64,000 nt of DNA from Phycisphaerales bacterium (GCA_003171335.1 PMYD01000089.1:34958-98957); one strand, 5' to 3'. Positions 29,334 to 39,930 are shown, counted from the stretch's first letter. Translations and numbers: made by a program. Notes: generated by a model not told the origin, from the letters alone.

Positions 29334-29485
29334 AAATCCCAAATCCCAAATCCCAAACAAATCCCAAGCTCCAAATCCCAAAGGGGAACAAGAGGCCCGC
29401 TGGACAGCAGCGCGAGTTCCCGTACGGGGTTTGGAGCTTGGGATTTGGAGCTTGTTTGGGATTTGGAACTTGGAATTTGGGATTT
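29334..29485. repeat. Inverted heptamer tandem-repeat element, second copy
   Basis: Arms 29334-29382 and 29430-29485 share the 'aaacaaatcccaagc' and 'gcttgtttgggattt' irregularities with the 22683 copy, but the spacer differs. Confidence 0.85.
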
Positions 29486-29560
29486 GCCGTCCCAAAAGCA
29501 GCGGCAGGACGACCTGAAGCCATCCTGCCGCCGCCAAAAAGACACTCGACCCAGAAAAAG

Positions 29561-31144
29561 CTACGGCTGCGAGATTCCCTGGCTCTTGCCATTCTGGATA
29601 GACAGCGCCCGGTTCACCGCTGCCAGATACGCCCTGCCGGAGGCCTCGACGATATCGGTGGACAGGCCTCGGGCGCGGATCTTCCGGCCGCCCAGGTCCA
29701 CCTCGACGGTCACCTCGCCCTGGGCCTCCTTGCCGCCGGTGACGGCCCGGAGCTGGTAGTCGGTCAGCTTCAGTTCCACGCCCGTAATTCGGCCAATGGC
29801 GGAATAGATCGCATCCACCGGCCCATCGCCCGTGGCGGCGTCGGTGAATTGCTGTCCCTGTTTATCCAGGGTCACCGTGGCGGTCGGCATGGAATTCGTG
29901 CCGGCCATGGTCTGCAGCGCCACCAGCTTCCACGTCTCGACGATGCGCTCGGTCTGCGCCTCCAGGATCGACTCGATGTCCTCGTCGTACACGTTCTTCT
30001 TCTTGTCCGCCAGGCGGATGAACAGGTCGAAGGCGGCGTCGAGCTGCGCATCGCTGATTTTGTAGCCCAGCGCCTCCACGCGGTCGCGGAAGGCGTGGCG
30101 CCCCGAATGCTTGCCCAGCACCAGCTTGGAAGCGGGAATGCCCACATCCTCGGGCCGCATGATCTCGTACGTCTCGCGATTGGCCAATACCCCGTGCTGG
30201 TGAATGCCGGCCTCGTGGGCGAAGGCGTTCTCGCCGACGACCGCCTTGTTGCGCTGCACGTTGATGCCCGTGATGGACGAAAACAGCCGGCTGGTCGGGT
30301 AGATTCGCTGGGTCACGATGTTCGTTTCGGCGCCGAAGATATCCCGGCGCGTCTTGAGCGCCATGACCACCTCTTCCAGCGAGGCGTTGCCGGCCCGCTC
30401 GCCGATGCCGTTGATGGTGCATTCCACCTGCCGGGCGCCCGCGCGCACGGCGGCCAGGCTGTTGGCCACGGCCATGCCCAGGTCGTTGTGGCAGTGCACG
30501 CTGATGACCGTGCGCTCGATGCCCTTGACGTGCTCGCGCAGATAGCGGATCAGGTTGCCGAACTCATAGGGCACGGCGTAGCCCACGGTGTCGGGAATGT
30601 TCAGCGTGGTGGCGCCGGCCTCGATCACCGCCGAGAGCACCTGGGCCAGAAAATCCCACTCCGTGCGCGAGGCATCCTCGGGGCTGAACTCCACATCGTC
30701 GGTAAACGTCTTGGCCAGCTTGATCGCCTCGACGCTCATGGTGACGATCTGGTCCTTCGCCTTGCGCAGCTTGAACTTGCGATGCACCTCGCTGGTGGCG
30801 CAAAAAACGTGGATGCGCTTGCGGCCGGCCGGCGCCAGCGCCTCGGCCGCGCGCAGGATATCCTTCTCCAGGCTGCGGGCCAGGCCGCAGATGATGCGGC
30901 CGGTGATTTGCTCGGCCACGGCCTTGACGGCCTCGAAATCGCCGGGCGAGGCGATGGGAAAACCCGCCTCGATCACATCCACGTTCAGCGCTGTCAGGGC
31001 GCGGGCCATCTGGAGCTTCTCCTCGATATTCATCGAGGCGCCGGGGCACTGCTCGCCGTCCCGAAGCGTGGTATCGAAAATGATGATCTTGCCGGCCGGC
31101 TGGTCGGCCGGGGTTTCCGTTACGTTTTCTTGCTTCTCTGGCAT
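29561..31144 (-). CDS. leuA: 2-isopropylmalate synthase
   Basis: [63 protein letters not shown]. Confidence 0.95.
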   Translation of the reverse strand: MPEKQENVTETPADQPAGKIIIFDTTLRDGEQCPGASMNIEEKLQMARALTALNVDVIEAGFPIASPGDFEAVKAVAEQITGRIICGLARSLEKDILRAAEALAPAGRKRIHVFCATSEVHRKFKLRKAKDQIVTMSVEAIKLAKTFTDDVEFSPEDASRTEWDFLAQVLSAVIEAGATTLNIPDTVGYAVPYEFGNLIRYLREHVKGIERTVISVHCHNDLGMAVANSLAAVRAGARQVECTINGIGERAGNASLEEVVMALKTRRDIFGAETNIVTQRIYPTSRLFSSITGINVQRNKAVVGENAFAHEAGIHQHGVLANRETYEIMRPEDVGIPASKLVLGKHSGRHAFRDRVEALGYKISDAQLDAAFDLFIRLADKKKNVYDEDIESILEAQTERIVETWKLVALQTMAGTNSMPTATVTLDKQGQQFTDAATGDGPVDAIYSAIGRITGVELKLTDYQLRAVTGGKEAQGEVTVEVDLGGRKIRARGLSTDIVEASGRAYLAAVNRALSIQNGKSQGISQP

Positions 31145-31309
31145 GGCTGTTCTTCCTTCTGGGCCGGTCGCCCGCAGACGCCGGCGGTGGTTCCTTAGAG
31201 AATCTGTCGCACGCGTTTCGCACCACCACTTGATAGTCGAAACGGCCGAACCGGCCATTGGCGATCAGTCTTTTCAGTCATCATCATTTCCTTGCCACGA
31301 TGAAGGCAT

Positions 31310-31340
31310 AAAAAAACCCGCGACATTGCAAGGTCGCGGG
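31310..31340 (-). terminator. Attenuator terminator upstream of leuA
   Basis: On the minus strand, stem cccgcgac/gtcgcggg plus U7. An upstream gggtcgc (31385-31379) can sequester the 5' arm. Confidence 0.85.
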
Positions 31341-31386
31341 GCAAGTTCGTCAAGTCTGGCGTAATTCGATCAGCCCGAGCGACCCA

Positions 31387-31446
31387 CTAGCACAGCAATA
31401 GCCCCAGTCGTAGGGCGAGGGTCAAAATATTGCTGCCGCAGGTCAT
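31387..31446 (-). CDS. leuA attenuator leader peptide MTCGSNILTLALRLGLLLC
   Basis: 19 aa with 7 Leu codons (TTG, CTC, CTA, CTG, CTA, TTG, CTG), immediately upstream of the antiterminator/terminator. Confidence 0.85.
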   Translation of the reverse strand: MTCGSNILTLALRLGLLLC

Positions 31447-31551
31447 CGGGTGCTCGCTTTTTCGGACTTCTATAGAGATAGTATCGTCCCGTTTGGCGAA
31501 AGCAAGAAGAAAAAGCAGGCTGCAAACCTTGGGGCAGACCGGAGCCGCACT

Positions 31552-31836
31552 ATGGATAAACCGTTAACCTCTTCCGACTACTCGCACTTGCGCAGCGAAG
31601 GCCGGCGGCTGACCGTCACCGCCACCGTGGGCAAGGCCGGTCTTACCGAGGCCGTCGCCCTGCAGATTTCGACGCTGCTGGCCCATCATGAATTGGTCAA
31701 GGTGCGGATACCACCATCCGACAAGGCCGGGCGAGCTGAAATGGCCCAGAAACTGGCTGCAAAAACCGCCGCCACGCTGGTGGAACTGCTGGGCCGGACG
31801 GTGCTGCTGTATAAACCGCTGCCAAAACAAGAGTAA
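31552..31836 (+). CDS. yhbY: YhbY/CRM-domain RNA-binding protein
   Basis: LR.EG..L..TATVGKAGLT, HELVKV, LGRTVLLY. Confidence 0.85.
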   Translation: MDKPLTSSDYSHLRSEGRRLTVTATVGKAGLTEAVALQISTLLAHHELVKVRIPPSDKAGRAEMAQKLAAKTAATLVELLGRTVLLYKPLPKQE

Positions 31837-31868
31837 CGTGAGCATCCCTTCTGGCGATGGCCTACCGC

Positions 31869-32301
31869 GACTCCGACATTGTCGCAGTCAACTGCGGAAT
31901 TTCCGCAGTTGACCCCCGGCGCGACTCCATAATTTTTGGAGTCACCTCCTGATTCACGTCCGGAAATTCCGGACGTGAGTACGCCTCTGGCCGGGGAGCC
32001 GGGGCGCGACTCCGAGATTTTCAGAGTCGATCTTTCATTCAGTTCATTCCCGGAATGAACTGAGGACTGCCAGGAAGCCCCCAGGGACACAGCTCAACTC
32101 CGAAATTTTCGGAGTTGACTGGAGAAATTCTCCAGTTGGAGCTTGGCGCGACTCCGACTTTGTCGGAGTCAACTGCGGAAATTCCGCAGTTGTGCCCGGC
32201 GCGACTCCATAATTTATGGAGTCACGTCCGGAAATTCCGGACGTGAGTATCCCTTCTGGGTCCGACTTTGTCGGAGTCAACTGCGGAAATTCCGCAGTTG
32301 A
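31869..32301. repeat. Array of 14 heterogeneous, helically phased palindromes
   Basis: Core RACT-N5-WWT-N5'-AGTY, e.g. aactgcggaatttccgcagtt, gactccgactttgtcggagtc, aactccgaaattttcggagtt. See findings. Confidence 0.9.
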
Positions 32302-32451
32302 AGCCAGCGGTTGGAGTCAATGCAAGAAAATGGGGCCGTTAAGTGTTACACTCGTTATCATTTTCGGATGACTGTAACACTTACAATGCCAGCCTATGCT
32401 CAATTCCACCCTATGCGCCAATCCGAAGGAGCATCAAACTGACAGTAGCCA

Positions 32452-32589
32452 TCAGTTGAGAGCCAGGATTACGCTGTAGAAAACGCCGTTAACCCATTGG
32501 GCAACATGGTGCAGCATCATCACGGTCGGCACGGAAACGGCCGCTAGAATGAGCACCTTTTCGACTGCCGAGACACTCGTACCGGTCAT
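32452..32589 (-). CDS. Small Flp/Fap-pilin-like peptide (45 aa)
   Basis: RBS gaaggaggg. 'SAVEKVLILAAV...VNGVFYSVILAL' resembles the Flp pattern (A.EY.LI.A ... N..F..V..AL) but has K in place of Y. Confidence 0.5.
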   Translation of the reverse strand: MTGTSVSAVEKVLILAAVSVPTVMMLHHVAQWVNGVFYSVILALN

Positions 32590-32667
32590 CTCTCGGCTCC
32601 CTCCTTCTGGCCCTACGGAATTAGAAACCGCCCCCAACATTCACCGCCGCGATCGGCGGTGCGGCCA

Positions 32668-33792
32668 TTACAGGTGCGGCGGCATCTTGGCGACTACCTT
32701 GGCGTGACTCTCCTGCTCGATGAGCATGCCGTCGAAGTACGAGACGACCATGCGGGCCACCGCCGGGCTGTTAGCCGCCTGGCCGTCGCGGGCGCCGGGA
32801 ACGATCAGCCGGGCGATATTGCCGCCGGCGCCGGCCACAATGGGCTCCAGGTCGGCCGGCGGCGTGCTCTCGGCCCTCGAGCCGGTGATCAGCAGCAAAC
32901 CGCGGTCGGTGTAATTGTGGGAGGAATCGACGGCGTTCTCATCGATGAGACGATGGCCGAAATACGCGCTCATGCCCCAACTGAAGGCGGTGCCAAGTTC
33001 CGTCGGCACGTGCATCCGATGGGCCATGTTCTCGAAAACCGCCGGCACCGAGGGATACGAATCGACCGCCACCACGCAGCGCACGCCCTTGCAGCGCGGC
33101 CCGGCCAGGATGGCGGCATAGCCGCCCATGCCCGTCCCCAGAATGCCGATACGCTGCTCATCTACGCCGGACTGGCTTTGGAGATATCGCACGGCGGCCA
33201 TCACGTCGGCCGCTTCGGTGGTGCCGAAGGAAACGGGGGCATCGGCGCTGAGCCCGTGTCCGCGGAAGTCCAGCAGCAGCAGGTCATAGCCGGCCTGGGC
33301 CAGTTCACGGCCCAGCGGATAGAGCAACTGATCGCGGTTGCCCCCGTAGCCGTGGCACAGGACCACCCCCGGGCGCCGCTGCTTCCAGTTCTCCGTCGTC
33401 AGCGGGCCGCCGGCTACCAATGAGTTGATGTACCAGCCCTTAATGATGACCCCGTCATCGCTGTTGAAACGCACATCGCGGCACACCAGCGAGAATTGGT
33501 CGGGCGTGACGGCAATCGCCTGGCGCGGCGGGTGCGTCACCGAGTAGATCATCACCAGCCAGGCGCCCATCACCACCAGCGGCAGCAGGGCCACGCGATA
33601 CAGCACGCCGCCCACAAAGCGCCACAGGTAGGGGTGCTTGGATTTGGAAGCCGGCATCATGGCGCCGAAGGGATGCCAGAATAAGATCTTGCGCATCGTC
33701 GGCCAGAAGATGTTCGTCACCTTTCCCACATGGTGAACCACGTAGGCCAAGGCGATCAGCATCCGTCGATACAGCGGCATTTGCGTAGCCAT
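32668..33792 (-). CDS. Membrane-anchored alpha/beta-hydrolase-fold protein
   Basis: VLCHGYGG, DFRGHGLS, 'GILGTGMGG' at the nucleophile elbow, N-terminal transmembrane segment. Confidence 0.75.
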   Translation of the reverse strand: MATQMPLYRRMLIALAYVVHHVGKVTNIFWPTMRKILFWHPFGAMMPASKSKHPYLWRFVGGVLYRVALLPLVVMGAWLVMIYSVTHPPRQAIAVTPDQFSLVCRDVRFNSDDGVIIKGWYINSLVAGGPLTTENWKQRRPGVVLCHGYGGNRDQLLYPLGRELAQAGYDLLLLDFRGHGLSADAPVSFGTTEAADVMAAVRYLQSQSGVDEQRIGILGTGMGGYAAILAGPRCKGVRCVVAVDSYPSVPAVFENMAHRMHVPTELGTAFSWGMSAYFGHRLIDENAVDSSHNYTDRGLLLITGSRAESTPPADLEPIVAGAGGNIARLIVPGARDGQAANSPAVARMVVSYFDGMLIEQESHAKVVAKMPPHL

Positions 33793-34123
33793 TTTGTTCG
33801 CCTCACAGACAGTCTGTTTGCGCGCTGGGCGCGCTGCGGGGCGCCCCGCATCAGAAAACCTACGATTCCACTCGGATGAATGAGATGCCGGGTTGGGTAA
33901 AAAACAGGCAAATCGCGGGTCGTGGGCATTGCGAGGCGCCTTGATAACGGCCTTGACCGTCCCACGAGGCGGGTGATAATTCGTTGTTAGCGGGGCGGAA
34001 CCAGCAGGTGCGCAGATGCGCACCTGAAAAACGCGCCCCCAACTTGCCGCCTTAGTCGTTGAAAAAAGGTTACGGCGATTCTAAAATCGCTGCTTACGCC
34101 GAGATCGGAAACGAGGATATCCA

Positions 34124-34579
34124 ATGGCGGATGAGAAACCGCAGCAGACGCCCAAGATCGTAGTGGATGATGACTGGAAGAGCCAAGCGCGCGCTGAGAA
34201 GGAGCGTCTTGCGGCCGAGCAGCAAAAGCCTCGGACCGCCGCCGCTGGCGCCGCAGGCGCACCCGCTTCCGGCGCCCCCGCCCGGGCTGGCGCCGCCGCC
34301 GGGGCCGAGCATGCCGGCGTGCCGGACGCCAGCTTCATCAGCCACGTGGCGACACTGGCGTCCCAGGCGCTGTTCGCCCTGGGAGCCTTACCCGACCCGC
34401 AGACAGGCCGGCGCTACCTCGATATCGAGCTGGCTAAGTATTACATCGACACGCTCAAGATGCTGGAAAGCAAGACGGCCGGCAACCTGAGCGCGGATGA
34501 GAAGAAGCAGTTGGATAGCGCGCTGTACCAGCTCCGGTCGGCGTACATCGAAGCGGCCTCGGCCGGAAATATCATATGA
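34124..34579 (+). CDS. DUF1844-domain protein
   Basis: KIVVDDDWKSQA, ASF..HVATLASQAL..LG..PDP, AKYYIDTL.ML..KT.GNL. Confidence 0.85.
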   Translation: MADEKPQQTPKIVVDDDWKSQARAEKERLAAEQQKPRTAAAGAAGAPASGAPARAGAAAGAEHAGVPDASFISHVATLASQALFALGALPDPQTGRRYLDIELAKYYIDTLKMLESKTAGNLSADEKKQLDSALYQLRSAYIEAASAGNII

Positions 34580-34992
34580 GCGACCCGCGGACGGCGAGCG
34601 ATGCGGGCGAGGGCAGTCTGATGCGAAAAATGGCACTGGTTTGGGTCGTGGCGCTTCTGGGCCTGCTGACGTCCTCGTGCCAGCAGGAGGTTCTCAGCGA
34701 GACCTCCAGGCCCTTGGGCCCCAACATGAAAGCGAACAACAACCTGGCCCAGGGCCAGGCGCGCAACGGCCCGGTGCTCACCCCGCAGGCCCAGCCGTCG
34801 CCGCAGGAGGCGGCCGCTGCTGCTGCTGCTAAACCGGCCAGCCCGGACGTGTGGGATTGGCTGACCGGTGTTTTTGAAGGTCCTTCCAAGCCCGCCGCCC
34901 AGCCGGCGCCCATGATGTCGCAGCCCGTGCAGCCGGCCGCCTCCCTCGCCCCGGCGACACCCAAAGGCCAGGTGCAGACGGCGACGCCCTAG
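34576..34992 (+). CDS. Hypothetical lipoprotein (likely start 34621)
   Basis: MRKMALVWVVALLGLLTSSC lipobox-like N-terminus. Confidence 0.55.
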   Translation: MSDPRTASDAGEGSLMRKMALVWVVALLGLLTSSCQQEVLSETSRPLGPNMKANNNLAQGQARNGPVLTPQAQPSPQEAAAAAAAKPASPDVWDWLTGVFEGPSKPAAQPAPMMSQPVQPAASLAPATPKGQVQTATP

Positions 34993-35013
34993 GCATTGAC
35001 GGCGGTGGCTTGA

Positions 35014-37062
<2,049 letters not shown>

Positions 37063-37518
37063 CAGCCACACAAAACGCCCAGGAAATCACTACCCGAGTT
37101 GACTTCGTTGATGAACTGCCTTGCTCAGCGCGGCCGGCAGAGCCGGCCCTTCGACTGCACAATCAGCACATCGCCGCGAAGCTCAGGATGATCAATATAA
37201 GAACTTTTCGTTTGTGACGCCAATTTTTCGGCCACATGGGATTACCTCCTGAGGCAATCTCGCACGCTTTTTCACTACAGCCTGAGTATACCCCGAGATG
37301 GCAAATCCGTGGGGACGCAAGTGGCACTTTTGTCGCAAAAAGGCCGCAAAAAGCGGCCCTCTTTGGTAAATTGCGCAAACTATTCCGACGGGGAAGGATT
37401 CGGGCGTAAGATGGGTAAACTCTATGAACTGCGTAATGGCAGGTTTCGCCTCAAAGGCCGTAAAATCAGGGCATTCACGTGGTCGATTCGACCACGTAAT
37501 CACGCCAAATGACCATCA

Positions 37519-37545
37519 CTCAACCGTAACAATGTTACGGTTGAG
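37519..37545. promoter_or_regulatory. Solitary 27-bp palindrome with the same geometry as the 31.9-kb array
   Basis: ctcaaccgtaac-aat-gttacggttgag, upstream of the pterin operon. Confidence 0.6.
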
Positions 37546-37642
37546 GGTACCGAGATGAAGTTTTCGACCCGCCGGGGTCGCTATCCTTTCGTCGGGGACG
37601 GGGTTGCGAACGGCTGGCCGCAGGGTTAAAAGACAGTGAATA

Positions 37643-38428
37643 TTGCCGCACATCAGAATAAGGTCCACGAAATTGAGTGACGCCACACCATCGCTGGCAG
37701 GCGTTGTCGCCCTGATCACCGGGGCCGGCATGCGGCTGGGCAAGGCCATGGCCCAGGCCCTGGCCGCACGCGGGGCCGACGTGGTGGTGCATTACCATCG
37801 CTCCGCCGAAGGCGCCAATCAGACCCTCAGCGCCGTCGAGGCCCTGGGCCGGCGGGCCTGGCCGGTGCAGGCGGATTTGGGCAAGAGCGACCAGGCCGAG
37901 GGACTTTTCAGCCGCGCCATTGCCGCGGCCGGCGCGCCGGTGGACATCCTCATCAACAGCGCCTCGTTTTTCGAGTCCAGCCGCATAACGACGGTCAGCA
38001 TCGAGGACATCCTGGCCAACCTCCAGGTGCACGCGTTTGCCCCGCTGCTCCTGTCGCGGGCCCTGGCGGCGCAAGGCCGGCCAGGACGAATCATCAACCT
38101 GCTCGATACCCGCATCGTCGATTACGATCGCGAGCACGCGGCGTACCACCTCTCCAAGCGCATGCTCTTTACGCTCACGCGCATGCTGGCGCTGGAGCTG
38201 GCGCCCCAGGTGTCGGTCAATGCCATCGCGCCCGGCGCCATTTTGCCCGCCGCCGGCGCCACGCCCGAGCAGTTCGAGCAGCTCGCCCAGGCGGCCCCGC
38301 TGGCCCGCGTGGGCAGCCCGGACGACATCATCAAGGCCATCCTGTTCCTGCTCGATAGCCCCTTCATCACCGGCCAGGTGATTTTCGTCGATGGCGGCAG
38401 GCACATGCGGGGGAACGTGTATGGCTGA
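37643..38428 (+). CDS. SDR-family pteridine reductase (FolM/PTR1-like)
   Basis: ITGAGMRLG, VVHYHRS, INSASFF, YHLSK, VNAIAPG; folB/K/E context. Start uncertain. Confidence 0.85.
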   Translation: MPHIRIRSTKLSDATPSLAGVVALITGAGMRLGKAMAQALAARGADVVVHYHRSAEGANQTLSAVEALGRRAWPVQADLGKSDQAEGLFSRAIAAAGAPVDILINSASFFESSRITTVSIEDILANLQVHAFAPLLLSRALAAQGRPGRIINLLDTRIVDYDREHAAYHLSKRMLFTLTRMLALELAPQVSVNAIAPGAILPAAGATPEQFEQLAQAAPLARVGSPDDIIKAILFLLDSPFITGQVIFVDGGRHMRGNVYG

Positions 38429-38795
38429 ACAGCGCGGCGACCGCATCCACATCCGCGACCTGAAGCTGCGGTGCATCGTCGGCGTTTTTTCCGAGGAACG
38501 CCGCGAGAAGCAGGATGTGACGATCCAGATCACGCTCTTCGCTGACCTGCGCCCCAGCGGCCGCAGCGACAACCTGGCCGATACCGTCGATTACAAGGCC
38601 ATCAAGCAGCAGGTGGTGGCGATGGTCGAGCAATCCTCGTTCCAGTTGGTGGAGCGGCTGGCGCAGGCGATTGCCGACATCTGCCTGGCGCCGCCGCTCG
38701 TGCAGGCGGTGCAGGTGACGGTGGAGAAACCCGGCGCCTTGCGCTTCGCGCGGACCGTGTCCGTGGAGATCACGCGCCGCAGAAATGAAGGCTAG
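38421..38795 (+). CDS. folB: Dihydroneopterin aldolase
   Basis: IHIRDL..CIVGV..EER..KQ, DTVDY, LVERLA, VEKPGA. Confidence 0.88.
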   Translation: MAEQRGDRIHIRDLKLRCIVGVFSEERREKQDVTIQITLFADLRPSGRSDNLADTVDYKAIKQQVVAMVEQSSFQLVERLAQAIADICLAPPLVQAVQVTVEKPGALRFARTVSVEITRRRNEG

Positions 38796-38800
38796 CCAAC

Positions 38801-39367
38801 ACGATCGACAGCACCGCCTACATCGCCGTGGGGTCCAACATCGACCCCCAGAAGAACATCACTGGCGCCCTGTCGCTGCTGCGGCGGCAGGTGACCGTGA
38901 CGGCGAGCTCGACGTTCTACCGCAGTCGCGCCGAGGGCCGGCCCGAGCAGGGAAGGCCACAGGCTAAAAGCCTGTGCCACCAGGAATTCTCCAACGGAGT
39001 ATGGCGGATCCACACCGCCATCGAGCCATCTCCGCTCAAATTCGACGTGCTGCGCTCCATTGAGAACCACCTCGGCCGGCGGCGGGACGTGCGCGACAAA
39101 TTCGCCGATCGCACCATTGATCTTGACCTGATACTGTATGCCGAATGTATCATTGACGCGCCCGAACTGAGAATTCCCGACCCGGGAATCGTGCGGCCGT
39201 TCGTGGCCGTGCCGCTGCTGGAGCTGGCGCCGGGGCTGATCTTGCCCGATGGCCGGCCGCTGGCCGAGTTGCCTGGGGCGAACGATCCGACGGGGCTTGA
39301 GCCACTGGCGGAGTTGACGGCGATGCTGCGGGCGGCTCTGCGACGCGATGTGAGGACCACGGAATGA
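38801..39367 (+). CDS. folK: HPPK (2-amino-4-hydroxy-6-hydroxymethyldihydropteridine diphosphokinase), start anomalous
   Basis: TAYIAVGSN, FSNGV, IE..LGR.R, RTIDLDLILY, RPFVAVPLLEL. No ATG/GTG/TTG in frame before the AYIAVGSN motif. Confidence 0.85.
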   Translation, partial: TIDSTAYIAVGSNIDPQKNITGALSLLRRQVTVTASSTFYRSRAEGRPEQGRPQAKSLCHQEFSNGVWRIHTAIEPSPLKFDVLRSIENHLGRRRDVRDKFADRTIDLDLILYAECIIDAPELRIPDPGIVRPFVAVPLLELAPGLILPDGRPLAELPGANDPTGLEPLAELTAMLRAALRRDVRTTE

Positions 39368-39930
39368 ACATCGAACGTGTCGAACAACTGGTGCGCGAGC
39401 TCTTGATCGAGATCGGCGAAGACCCGACGCGCGAGGGCCTGCTCAAGACCCCCCACCGCGTGGCCAAGGCCTGGGAATTCCTCACGCGCGGCTACCGCCA
39501 GAACAGCGAGTCGATCGTCAACGGCGCGATCTTCCGCGCCGAGACGAACAACATGATCGTGGCCCGCGACATCGAGGTCTACAGCCTGTGCGAGCACCAC
39601 ATGCTGCCGTTTTTCGGCCGCTGCCACATCGGGTACATCTCCGACAAGCAGGTGATCGGCGTGAGCAAGCTGGCGCGGATCGCCGACCATTACGCCCACC
39701 GGCTCCAGATTCAGGAGCGGCTGACCGCCCAAATCGCCCGGGCCATCATGGACAGCGTCCACGCCGACGGCGTGGGCGTGGTCATGGAATGCCGCCACCT
39801 GTGCATGATGATGCGCGGTGTGGAAAAGCAGGGCTCTGTCATGACCACCTCGTCCGTGCTGGGCAGCTTCCACGATGACCAATCCACGCGGCTGGAGTTT
39901 TTAAACCTCATCAGCCGGCAAATAACCTAG
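39364..39930 (+). CDS. folE: GTP cyclohydrolase I
   Basis: GEDPTREGL.KTP.RV, SLCEHHMLPF, GVSKLAR, LQIQERL, HLCMMMRG. Confidence 0.96.
   Translation: MNIERVEQLVRELLIEIGEDPTREGLLKTPHRVAKAWEFLTRGYRQNSESIVNGAIFRAETNNMIVARDIEVYSLCEHHMLPFFGRCHIGYISDKQVIGVSKLARIADHYAHRLQIQERLTAQIARAIMDSVHADGVGVVMECRHLCMMMRGVEKQGSVMTTSSVLGSFHDDQSTRLEFLNLISRQIT

Noticed and set aside
28712..31198. Long antisense ORFs (e.g. 28712-31198 +, 55732-58569 +, 48082-49839 -, 14146-15735 -)
   Set aside because: Shadow frames of well-supported genes on the opposite strand in GC-rich DNA, with no motifs.
31686..32280. Minus-strand ORFs 31686-32090 and 32044-32280 across the array
   Set aside because: No convincing RBS, one overlaps yhbY antisense, and unit spacings of 52, 55, 32 and 34 bp break frame, so coding is not what is conserved.
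31869..32301. CRISPR array or integron attC array
   Set aside because: No constant direct repeat alternating with unique spacers, no cas or integrase gene, and no cassette ORFs. The palindromes themselves are the variable part.
37299..37330. c-di-GMP-I riboswitch-like 'ggcaaatccgtggggacgcaag'
   Set aside because: Lacks the GNRA-capped P2 stem and a recognisable P3 with tetraloop receptor.
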